Shown here: positions 16,828 to 27,026 of the stretch, in pieces
How the letters are laid out: each line of letters opens with the position of its first letter
Numbering within the stretch: position 1 is the stretch's first letter
NCBI GenBank assembly: GCA_964343105.1
Contig: CAYFHV010000001.1
Span: 4,884-48,800, forward strand
Direction: 5' to 3'
DNA: 43,917 nucleotides
DNA from: an uncultured Planctomycetia bacterium
Lineage (GTDB): Bacteria; Omnitrophota; Gorgyraeia; 1-14-0-20-64-10
Notes under the pieces: generated by a model
What the model saw: only the letters and a program-made list of their open reading frames with translations
Databases searched by the model: none
Told to the model about the DNA's origin: nothing
Position numbers and translations under genes: made by a program

Positions 16828-18479
16828 CGTGTCACCCTGCGGAGGGGTCCGCCCGACCGGGACTCGGTCTCCCGGAACTTGAGATCCTCGGGGTTTGTGC
16901 AAGCGGTGAGGCTGAAATCGGTGGTCTCCTCGGTGAGAAAGCTGCCCCGCTGGACGGAGTCGAGCGAGAAGGCGCTGAAGCCGACCTTGACGACGGCATT
17001 CTCCCTCAGGGTGGCGAGAAAGACGTTGATCCTGTCCAGCTCCTTGTCGCGGTTGCCGGCGAAGGCGCTTCCCTGAATCCGCAGGATACAGCGCTGGTCA
17101 GACGGAAGGGCCCCTCCCTCCTTGGCCTCGAGCCGGTTCCACAGGGCGGCATGGCGGATCCAGGCCTCTGAGGGGATGGCGTTGCCCAACTCAACCATCA
17201 ACGTGGAAATCTGGAGCGCGGGCTCCGAAGCCTGCTTCAGGAACTTCAGCATCCGGGTGGCCTTGAGCTGTTCATCCTGGAGCTGCGGGTTGCTCGCCTG
17301 GGCGGAAATCTGCGGAAGTTGAATCTGCTGGAGCTTGCAAGCGGCGATCTTCTCCTCCAGGACACCCAGGTCCTGGAGGGAGAAGGCGTACCAGCCGGCG
17401 AGCAGGGCGCAGGCCAGCGCAGCTTCCACGACGACCGGCTTGAGGAGATCCTTGGTCTGGCTTCTCTGCTCGGGCGGCAGGAGGTTGATCTCCCCTGCCC
17501 TCTTCTCAAGGCCGCGCATGGCCAGGCCCGCGGCGGTCCAGAGCCCTTCCGGAACCGACCTGGCTCCCGCCACTCTGCGAAAGGGATCCCCCAGCTCCAC
17601 CGGCAGGTCGAGGGCCTGGGAGAGTTCCTGCACCCGCTTGGGATCGATCGCCCTTCCGAAGAGGATCACCTTGGAGACCGCGGGCTCCCCGAGGAACCGG
17701 CGTCGGTAGTAATCCACCGACACCCGGGTTTCAGTCACCAGCGCCTCGAGGAGCTCCCCGGAGGGTCCCTCGGCGCCCGGCGCCGGCGCGCTGAGGATCG
17801 TCACGTTGCGGCTCAGATAGAGCAGATCTTCCCGCGCGATGCTGATCGTGGCATTGTCCCTCTCCACGGACAGCACGGCGCAGACCTGGCCTGGTGGAAG
17901 CTGGCCGCTTTGGCGGACAAGCCGGGCCAGGCTGATGGAGGCCGGCTCCAGCGACAGAGGGGTCAGGCCGGCGGAGGAGAAGAGGGATCCGTAGGAGGCA
18001 AAGGCCGTCTTCTTGATTCCGAAGTACATGACCCGCATGAGATTCGGGTCGGTCCTGCGGAAGACGGCGTGGTAGTCGGTGATCAGCTCTTCCGGCTTGA
18101 AGGGGAGATACTTCTTTGCCTCGAAGGCGATCGCCATTTTCCTCTCGCGCGGGGGAATGGCCGGCATCTGGAAGTAGCGGATGACGACCGATTCCGGCGC
18201 CACGGCGATGTGCGCCTTCGGGGCGGCAACGCCCATGCGGGTGAGAACGGTCCGGATCGCCATGGCAATGGATTCCAGATCGTTCGCTCCGGCGGCTGGC
18301 GCCGGTCCCTCCGGCTCGCCCGTTGCAGGCCCTTCTACCCGGACCAGGCTGCGCCATGAGGCCTGAGCGGGGATCTTCGCCGACGCGAAACTGACCAGCG
18401 ACGGACGGGCGAAGGTGCCTGACAGAAGCGCCACGTCCAGGTTCTCGGTTCCGACGTAGATTCCCAGGGAGTTAGCCAT
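16824..18479 (-). CDS. fused PilM (actin-like ATPase fold) - PilN protein (GspL-like architecture)
   Basis: 551 aa. The N-terminal roughly 340 aa are PilM-like (LGIYVGTENLDVALL...). These are followed directly by the PilN signature INLLPPEQR, a TM helix (VVVEAALACALLAGWYAF) and a periplasmic domain. Confidence 0.72.
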   Translation of the reverse strand: MANSLGIYVGTENLDVALLSGTFARPSLVSFASAKIPAQASWRSLVRVEGPATGEPEGPAPAAGANDLESIAMAIRTVLTRMGVAAPKAHIAVAPESVVIRYFQMPAIPPRERKMAIAFEAKKYLPFKPEELITDYHAVFRRTDPNLMRVMYFGIKKTAFASYGSLFSSAGLTPLSLEPASISLARLVRQSGQLPPGQVCAVLSVERDNATISIAREDLLYLSRNVTILSAPAPGAEGPSGELLEALVTETRVSVDYYRRRFLGEPAVSKVILFGRAIDPKRVQELSQALDLPVELGDPFRRVAGARSVPEGLWTAAGLAMRGLEKRAGEINLLPPEQRSQTKDLLKPVVVEAALACALLAGWYAFSLQDLGVLEEKIAACKLQQIQLPQISAQASNPQLQDEQLKATRMLKFLKQASEPALQISTLMVELGNAIPSEAWIRHAALWNRLEAKEGGALPSDQRCILRIQGSAFAGNRDKELDRINVFLATLRENAVVKVGFSAFSLDSVQRGSFLTEETTDFSLTACTNPEDLKFRETESRSGGPLRRVTR

Positions 18480-18482
18480 CGC

Positions 18483-18731
18483 TCAGCGCCCCATGATCCT
18501 CCTCAGGCGCTGGATCTCCTCATCGGTGTATTCCCTCCAGTGGTTCAGCCGATTGCGTGCGGCCTTCGGGAAAACGCCCCGCGCCTCGTACCGGAGGAGG
18601 GTCTGCTTGGAGATTCCGAGTGCATCGGCCACCTGGGTCGCCGTGAAGAACGCTCTCTTTTGCAACGCCTTCCGTCGCATGGGATCTCTTGATACCGCCT
18701 GATACGCCTTGTACGTATTTTGCAGTAGCAT
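18483..18731 (-). CDS. small MerR/excisionase-type helix-turn-helix DNA-binding protein
   Basis: FFTATQVADALGISKQTLLRYEARGVFP matches the HTH_17/MerR-like pattern. The stop is separated from the PilMN ATG by a 3-nt gap. The start is uncertain: ATG 18731, ATG 18680 or TTG 18755. Confidence 0.6.
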   Translation of the reverse strand: MLLQNTYKAYQAVSRDPMRRKALQKRAFFTATQVADALGISKQTLLRYEARGVFPKAARNRLNHWREYTDEEIQRLRRIMGR

Positions 18732-18774
18732 ACCCACCCCGGCGGAAGCTGTCAACGGATTTCTCAGAGATTTC

Positions 18775-19113
18775 TCAGAGAGAGGACTCCAGCCACTTTA
18801 AATAGTCCCGCTCGGCGTGGGAGATGGGAAGCGCCAGGTATTCCGGAACCTCATACGGGTGAAGCCGGCGCAAGGTCTTCCAGAGGGAGGGCAGTTTCTC
18901 CTGTCGTGTCTTGATGAACAGGAGGGCTTCCCTTCCCCGCTCGACCTTCCCCTTCCAGCGGTAAATGGAGCGGATCCCGGGGAGGACATTGACGCAGGCC
19001 GCGAGGCGCTTCTCCACGAGCCGCTGGGCGAGTTGGGCAGCTTGCTGGGCGGACCCGCAGGTGGTCAGGAGGAGAACGATCTTTCGGGCAGGCTGGACCG
19101 GGGCCTTCCTCAC
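18775..19113 (-). CDS. cutA: divalent-cation tolerance protein CutA
   Basis: VLLLTTCGSAQQAAQLAQRLVEKRLAACVNVLPGIRSIYRWKGKVE...HPYEVPE is a classic CutA1 sequence. The GTG start at 19113 overlaps the upstream TGA (GTGA). The longer ORF-track start was rejected. Confidence 0.85.
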   Translation of the reverse strand: MRKAPVQPARKIVLLLTTCGSAQQAAQLAQRLVEKRLAACVNVLPGIRSIYRWKGKVERGREALLFIKTRQEKLPSLWKTLRRLHPYEVPEYLALPISHAERDYLKWLESSL

Positions 19114-19316
19114 GGACGGCGGAGGGTGAGGAGAAAATCCTTCCCTTCCTCCCGGACGATCACGTGCCCCTCGCGGGCAAGCCAGCCCACGCTCATGAGG
19201 ATGGAGTCCCTCGCGTGATGCGGAATCTCCGAAACCAGGCGGGAGAAGGACACCTCCCCGTGCTGGTCGAGGACCTGCCACACCTCGCCCGCCACAATCC
19301 CCAGTTCCGTGATCAT
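19110..19316 (-). CDS. small winged-helix protein (DUF2582-like)
   Basis: 68 aa, ITELGIVAGEVWQVLDQHGEVSFSRLVSEI...SVGWLAREGHV. It resembles the DUF2582 wHTH family from memory and is coupled to cutA. Confidence 0.55.
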   Translation of the reverse strand: MITELGIVAGEVWQVLDQHGEVSFSRLVSEIPHHARDSILMSVGWLAREGHVIVREEGKDFLLTLRRP

Positions 19317-19339
19317 CGAATGGCCTTCATGAGTCGAGT

Positions 19340-19789
19340 CTACCGCGTTTGCCCGGGGTTGTCAGCCTGCTTTGCCTCGGTGGCGATGTGCACCTGGGAG
19401 ATCCCGAGGGTTCGGCAGGCGTCCCAGACCTCCACGATCCGCCCCATGGAAGCCTGCCGGTCGGCCCGGATGAGAACCGGCTGTTTTGAGGATGCGGCGG
19501 AGGCGAGCCGGCTCTTGAGCTCATTCAAGGTGACCACGGCCTCACCAAGGTAGAGTCGGTCGCCCCGGGAGACGGTGATCTGAACGTTCTCCTTTTGGAC
19601 CACCTCGGAGCTCACGGTCTTGGGCAGATGGATGCGCACGCCGGGCAGGAAGACAAAGGAAGAGGTCAGCATGAAGAAGATGAGCAGCAGGAAGACCGTG
19701 TCAATGAGGGGAGTCAGGTCGGGGCTGTACGAGGAATAGAGGAGGGTCCGCTGCAGGCGCCGGGGTCGGCGGGCCGCCTCAGCCGGCAT
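19340..19789 (-). CDS. exbD: biopolymer transport protein ExbD/TolR
   Basis: LTPLIDTVFLLLIFFMLTS TM motif followed by a periplasmic domain. Overlaps the exbB stop by 11 nt. Confidence 0.85.
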   Translation of the reverse strand: MPAEAARRPRRLQRTLLYSSYSPDLTPLIDTVFLLLIFFMLTSSFVFLPGVRIHLPKTVSSEVVQKENVQITVSRGDRLYLGEAVVTLNELKSRLASAASSKQPVLIRADRQASMGRIVEVWDACRTLGISQVHIATEAKQADNPGQTR

Positions 19790-20426
19790 GGGCCTCGTCC
19801 CCGGAGAGGAGGTCGGCCAGCTCCAGCGCAGCCGCCTGCAGGTTGTTGGCGAAGTGACGGAGCCGGTAGGTCAGGTAGTGATAGACGGCGTAGGCGGGAA
19901 TGGCCAGCAAGAGCCCGAAAACCGTGGTTAAGAGCGCCTCCCAGATTCCGCCGGCCAGGTCCCCGGGGTTGACCGGATGAACGGTGGTGGCCTTCTCCTG
20001 GATTACCTGAAAACAGCGGACCAGACCGGTCACGGTTCCCAGGAGGCCCAGCAGCGGGGCCAGCTGCGCGATGCTGCCCAGGATCGGCAGGTGCCGCTCG
20101 AGCGAGGGCAATTCCAGCGCGCCCTCCTCCTCAATCCGCTCCAGGATTTCCTGCCGGGGGCGGCCGTTGCGGCGCAGGGCCGCCCGAAGCATCCGGGCGA
20201 AAGGGCCCCTGCCGGACTGGGAAAGCTCCCGGACGCGGGCAAGCTGGCGGCTCCGGATAGCCTCGGTGACCACCGGGAGGAGATTCGGGAGCTCCTCCTC
20301 GGCACGGCCCAGGACGAAGAAGCGCTCGATGGCGATGGCGAGGGCGGCGATCGAGCAGACCAGGATGGGCCACATGACCGGTCCACCGCGTTGGAACAGT
20401 TCGAACAGGGAGGGGCTGCTGCTCAT
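19779..20426 (-). CDS. exbB: MotA/TolQ/ExbB proton-channel protein
   Basis: GGPVMWPILVCSIAALAIAIERF, then GSIAQLAPLLGLLGTVTGL and TTVFGLLLAIPA, all typical of the family. Start at the ATG at 20426. The upstream extension lies inside a repeat element. Confidence 0.85.
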   Translation of the reverse strand: MSSSPSLFELFQRGGPVMWPILVCSIAALAIAIERFFVLGRAEEELPNLLPVVTEAIRSRQLARVRELSQSGRGPFARMLRAALRRNGRPRQEILERIEEEGALELPSLERHLPILGSIAQLAPLLGLLGTVTGLVRCFQVIQEKATTVHPVNPGDLAGGIWEALLTTVFGLLLAIPAYAVYHYLTYRLRHFANNLQAAALELADLLSGDEAHAG

Positions 20427-20628
20427 CGCTCCGGCTGACGCCTCCGCTCTCGGGGCGGAACCGAGGGTTCCATCCCCGGCAGTCGCCGTGCGACGAAGAA
20501 GGAGCACGCGCTTGGCGACGCCGGCGAGAAGGTGAGCCGGCAGACTCCTTCAAGGAAGGCGAGGGGCGAACCCCCTCGCGCACCCCTGAAGGCTGGGAAT
20601 CTGTACGCTCGGAAGCGCGACTTCGCCT

Positions 20629-20632
<4 letters not shown>
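20423..20632 (-). CDS. candidate conserved small ORF (69 aa, Arg-rich), copy 1
   Basis: Sequence MKAKSRFRAYRFPAFRGARGGSPLAFLEGVCRLTFSPASPSACSFFVARRLPGMEPSVPPRERRRQPER. Its ATG overlaps the uvrA TGA (ATGA) and its TGA overlaps the exbB ATG (ATGA). A paralogue at 39869-40033 keeps the frame across two indels. It could equally be a non-coding repeat. Confidence 0.35.

Positions 20633-20637
<5 letters not shown>
20423..20637 (-). repeat. bipartite intergenic repeat, copy 1 (module A 20423-20478; module B about 20553-20637)
   Basis: Module A is 55/56 identical to 39857-39912. Module B shares a 16-nt block, a 31-nt identical block and an 18-nt identical end with 39927-40034. Confidence 0.85.
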
Positions 20638-23466
<2,829 letters not shown>

Positions 23467-23487
23467 GGGAGAAACCGATTGAAATGG

Positions 23488-23520
23488 CACCCCGCCGGCA
23501 CAGGATCGTCCGGCGGGGTG
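23488..23520 (-). terminator. 11-bp perfect hairpin (CACCCCGCCGG / CCGGCGGGGTG) after the small basic-protein gene
   Basis: Arms at 23488-23498 and 23510-23520 with an 11-nt loop. The downstream minus-strand sequence ccatttcaatcggtttc is only moderately U-rich. Confidence 0.4.
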
Positions 23521-23549
23521 CGGTGTGAACGACGAGCTTCGGCAGCGCT

Positions 23550-23786
23550 CTAGCGCCGGCGCCGGCCCGGACGCGCCATCTTGGCCGCGGAGACGTCACC
23601 CTGCTTGTCGATGAAATACAGGTAACCCTCCTTCCGCTTGATGCCCAGCTTCTGGACCTTCTGGGGATGCCCCCCCTTCTTTCCCCCTCGCGCCATCTTG
23701 GCCCGGGAGATGTCTCCCTGTTTGTCGAGGTAGTAGAGGAACCCCTTCGCCCGCTTGATTCCTGCCTTAGCTACTTTCTGAGCCAT
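23550..23786 (-). CDS. small basic protein made of two tandem roughly 35-aa repeats
   Basis: 78 aa: AKAGIKRAKGFLYYLDKQGDISRAKMARGGKKG, then QKLGIKRKEGYLYFIDKQGDVSAAKMARPGRRR. A purine-rich SD region lies upstream. I did not recognise the family. Confidence 0.6.
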   Translation of the reverse strand: MAQKVAKAGIKRAKGFLYYLDKQGDISRAKMARGGKKGGHPQKVQKLGIKRKEGYLYFIDKQGDVSAAKMARPGRRRR

Positions 23787-23834
23787 TTTTCCTGTTCACC
23801 CCCTTTCCTCTGTTTTTCGATCAGCTGTTTTCGA

Positions 23835-24638
23835 TCAGGTTCCCACCTGCACCGGCTCGAGGATTCGAGCCAGCATGGCGGTGGCAGACTGCATGGCCAA
23901 ACGGCTGGTCCTCGGGTTCTCCGACGGCCGGTTTTCAACGCGGACGCGCAGTTTCCCGAAGGAGCCGGTGGCCGTGATCTCATGGATGTTGGATCGGACG
24001 CTCGGATCGGCGATCACGGTGACCCGCGTCCGGGTCCCCCCCAGCCCGGCCAGGGCCAGGGTTGCCGCGACGTTGACGTTCTGCGGGAATGCCCGGGCCG
24101 CCTGCGTTGCCGGCCCGCGAAAGAGGACTCGCGGCCTGCGCAGTTTTTCCAGGCGTATCCTGCGGCGGCGCAGTCCCGGCGCCCCCGCGAAGGCGGCGGG
24201 CGGTTTGCGGGTGACCAGATGAACCGACACGAGCCGTCCCATCGCGGCGGCGCGGACGCCGTCCAGGCCGGCGATCGCTCCGCTGGGGACGTAAACAGGC
24301 ACCCGGCGGGCGCGCGCTTGCCGCAGGAGCTTCGGCCAGGTGAGGAGGGATCCGGAGGAGAGGACGAGGATCGGCCGGCCCCTCGCCGTCGCTCGGGGCA
24401 GCCAGCTCCTGGCGGCGGAAACCGAGGCGGCCTCCACAAGAAGCTGCGACCGGCGAATCAACTCACCGGGGGAAAGGACCGGCACGGACGGCCGGAGCCG
24501 GCCGGCCAGACGGCGGGCCTGGCTTAAGTTGGCGTCATACACCCCGATCAGGCGTGCGCTCTCCTTGAAGCGGCGCTGAATCTCGCGAGCCAGATGGGTG
24601 CCGATGGCACCGCATCCCACCAATCCAATCGTGACCAC
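23835..24638 (-). CDS. nadX: L-aspartate dehydrogenase (NadX-like)
   Basis: Rossmann N-terminus IGLVGCGAIGTHLA and C-terminal AFPQNVNVAATLALAG...NIHEITATGSFGKLRVRVENRPSENPRTS, as in the TM1643-type aspartate dehydrogenase. Confidence 0.78.
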   Translation of the reverse strand: MVTIGLVGCGAIGTHLAREIQRRFKESARLIGVYDANLSQARRLAGRLRPSVPVLSPGELIRRSQLLVEAASVSAARSWLPRATARGRPILVLSSGSLLTWPKLLRQARARRVPVYVPSGAIAGLDGVRAAAMGRLVSVHLVTRKPPAAFAGAPGLRRRRIRLEKLRRPRVLFRGPATQAARAFPQNVNVAATLALAGLGGTRTRVTVIADPSVRSNIHEITATGSFGKLRVRVENRPSENPRTSRLAMQSATAMLARILEPVQVGT

Positions 24639-24641
24639 ACC

Positions 24642-25028
24642 TCAGAAGCGGTCTGCTCCTCCGGCACCTTCCACGATCGTTTCCCGTATCCGGTTCTCCT
24701 GGTCCACCAGGACGATCTTGGGCCGGAGGCGCCTGGCCTCCGCCTCCTCGAGGAGGGCATAGGAGATGAGGATGACGGTGTCGCCCACCTGCGCCGAACG
24801 GGCGGCGGCCCCGTTCATGCAGAGGGTCCCGGAGCCGGCCGGTCCCTCCACGCAGTAGGTCTCAATGCGGGCGCCGTTGTTGAGGTTCACGATGTGGACC
24901 TTCTCCCCCGGCAGGAGATCCGCAGCCCGCAGGAGGGCGGCATCGATGGTCACGGAGCCCTCGTACTGGAGGTTGGCCTCCGTCACCGTCGCGCGGTGGA
25001 TCTTGGATTTCATCATCACTCGAAGCAT
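24642..25028 (-). CDS. panD: aspartate 1-decarboxylase
   Basis: [29 protein letters not shown] contains the self-processing G-S site. 128 aa. Start at 25028, separated from the panC stop by a 2-nt gap. The long ORF-track N-terminus was rejected. Confidence 0.9.
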   Translation of the reverse strand: MLRVMMKSKIHRATVTEANLQYEGSVTIDAALLRAADLLPGEKVHIVNLNNGARIETYCVEGPAGSGTLCMNGAAARSAQVGDTVILISYALLEEAEARRLRPKIVLVDQENRIRETIVEGAGGADRF

Positions 25029-25030
25029 CT

Positions 25031-25897
25031 TCAGCTCCTCCGCCTCCCTCTTCCGGGTCGGGCGATGCAGCAGTCGATGAGCCGCGTCCGACCGATCCAG
25101 AGGGCCGCCAGGATCCAGACGGTTCCGCGGATCTCGTCCGGCTCCTCCAGCGTCGCCGGATCCACGACCGCCACGTACTCGATCCGGGCCCCCGGGATGG
25201 CCCGGAGGCCGCGCGTCACCCGTCGGGCGACGAGCCTTCTCCGACGACAGCCCCATTCTATCAACCGTCTCCCGTCGTGTAAAGACGGAAAGATCCGACG
25301 GGCGAGGAGCCGCTCCCGAGGGGAGAGATGCCGGTTCCTGGAGCTCATCGCCAGCCCATCGCGCTCGCGCACCGTGGGGAGGATCCGCAACCGCACGGGG
25401 AGGTTCAGATCCCGGATGAGCTGCGCCACGATCCGGGCCTGCTGGGCGTCCTTCTGGCCGAAGTACGCCCTGTCCGGCTGGACGAGGTTGAGAAGCTTGG
25501 TGACCACCGTGGCGACGCCGCGGAAGTGGCCCGGCCGGAAGCGGCCTTCCCACGGGCGGCTGAGGTTTTGAACCTCGACCCAGGTCTGGAATCCGGCCGG
25601 ATAGATCGCCCGCTCCGATGGCAAGAAGAGCAGGTCCGCGCCGTTTCGGGCGGCCAGCCGGCGGTCCTGGCCGAGGGTGCGGGGATAGTTCCGGTAATCC
25701 TCCGTCCGATCGAACTGGGTCGGATTCACGAAGAGGCTGACCACCACGAGGTCGTTCTCCCGGCGGGCGGTGCGGATGAGGGAGGCATGCCCCTCGTGGA
25801 GCGCCCCCAGCGTGGGGACGAAGCCGATCCGTTTGCCCTGCCTCGTGGCCTGCCGGACCAGCCGGAGGATCTCAGCCGGCCTGCGGATGATCCGCAT
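25031..25897 (-). CDS. panC: pantoate--beta-alanine ligase
   Basis: [16 protein letters not shown] (HxGH-type motif) with pantothenate synthetase length and layout. Confidence 0.92.
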   Translation of the reverse strand: MRIIRRPAEILRLVRQATRQGKRIGFVPTLGALHEGHASLIRTARRENDLVVVSLFVNPTQFDRTEDYRNYPRTLGQDRRLAARNGADLLFLPSERAIYPAGFQTWVEVQNLSRPWEGRFRPGHFRGVATVVTKLLNLVQPDRAYFGQKDAQQARIVAQLIRDLNLPVRLRILPTVRERDGLAMSSRNRHLSPRERLLARRIFPSLHDGRRLIEWGCRRRRLVARRVTRGLRAIPGARIEYVAVVDPATLEEPDEIRGTVWILAALWIGRTRLIDCCIARPGRGRRRS

Positions 25898-26556
25898 CAG
25901 ACCAGGGGTCGGGCAAGATAGATGGCGGGCCGCCGAGCTTGTCCGGCAGTCGGGGCATAGAGGATGCAGATGCGCGATCTACGAAGAGGTTCCTCGATCT
26001 GATCAAAACAACACCTCAAACAAAGATGCTCAGGCTGAGTTTTGATCGCAGAAAAATCAGGAGCGTCAAATTCCCCAGGGGCCCACTCAAAGCTGCCGTG
26101 GCCGAAATAGGCAGCTAGGGCTGGTTGTCCGCAATTCCGACATGGGCCTGAAATGTTTTCCAGGTCACTTTGAAACCGGGCCCGCGAGGCTTCGCTCATC
26201 GGGTAGCACTTAAGAATCTCATTAAATTCGGAGTAACCATACATGCATCCGGCAGGGTTGCCCTCCCGGTCACGAAAGGGGTAAAAGACCAGGATCCTTG
26301 CTGTCATGCGAAAGAACCATTGTCTGAAGGTTTCCATCAGATGCGTGCGGCATAGGGTCTTCCAGGATCCGCCTACCAGGAGCGAATCATCGCTTCCCGT
26401 TTTGCATACCGCACACAGCTTAGGTTGCGCCGCTTCGTCTCTAGGTTCGGCTCTCCGATGGAGCCAGACAATGAAGCGAGATAGGCGGGTCGCCGCCCAG
26501 AGGGAGGCGAGAAACAGGATACTGTACCAGACGACCGATGGGATTTCTGGATTCAT
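25897..26556 (-). CDS. hypothetical membrane-anchored Cys-rich protein (compositionally atypical)
   Basis: 219 aa with an N-terminal TM helix (VVWYSILFLASLWAATRL) and CxxC-type pairs (CAVCK, CRNCG, CLRCC). A 60-nt sample at 25981-26040 counts 45% GC and the gene overall reads clearly below the GC-rich flanks. Its ATG overlaps the folK stop (ATGA) and its TGA overlaps the panC ATG (TGATG). Confidence 0.55.
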   Translation of the reverse strand: MNPEIPSVVWYSILFLASLWAATRLSRFIVWLHRRAEPRDEAAQPKLCAVCKTGSDDSLLVGGSWKTLCRTHLMETFRQWFFRMTARILVFYPFRDREGNPAGCMYGYSEFNEILKCYPMSEASRARFQSDLENISGPCRNCGQPALAAYFGHGSFEWAPGEFDAPDFSAIKTQPEHLCLRCCFDQIEEPLRRSRICILYAPTAGQARRPAIYLARPLV

Positions 26557-27026
26557 TTGCTTTTCTCACTTCCTTTCTGCAGGAGTTGGCAAGTGCTTAA
26601 CCCTAGCAAGGGATGTCGCCAATCCGGAGCGATCTCGGCCAGCAATTCCAGCGCAAAGCGGCGCTCCTGCAAGCGAGGATGGGGCAGCGTGAGCTCCGGC
26701 GTCGCCAGCACGAGGTCGTCGTAGGAAAGCAGGTCGAGGTCGATCACCCGCGGGCCCCAACGCTCATGCTCAGCGGGCCGGCCCATCTCCCGCTCGATCT
26801 GTTGAAGGCCATGCAGCAGCTCCAACGGCTTCAGTCCGGTTTCCAACTGGCCCGCGGCGTTGAGGAATCTTCCCTGCGGGGGCCCGCCCACCGGATCGGT
26901 CTCGTGGAAGGCGGAGGATTTCACGACGCGCGTCTGCGGCAGCTCGCCGATCTTTTGGAGGGCCAGCCGCAGAGATTGCGCCCGGTCCCCCAGGTTGGAG
27001 CCTAGTCCGATGTAGACCGTGGCCAT
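26553..27026 (-). CDS. folK: 2-amino-4-hydroxy-6-hydroxymethyldihydropteridine pyrophosphokinase
   Basis: VYIGLGSNLGDR ... FLNAAGQLET ... WGPRVIDLDLL are classic HPPK motifs. Confidence 0.88.
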   Translation of the reverse strand: MATVYIGLGSNLGDRAQSLRLALQKIGELPQTRVVKSSAFHETDPVGGPPQGRFLNAAGQLETGLKPLELLHGLQQIEREMGRPAEHERWGPRVIDLDLLSYDDLVLATPELTLPHPRLQERRFALELLAEIAPDWRHPLLGLSTCQLLQKGSEKSK

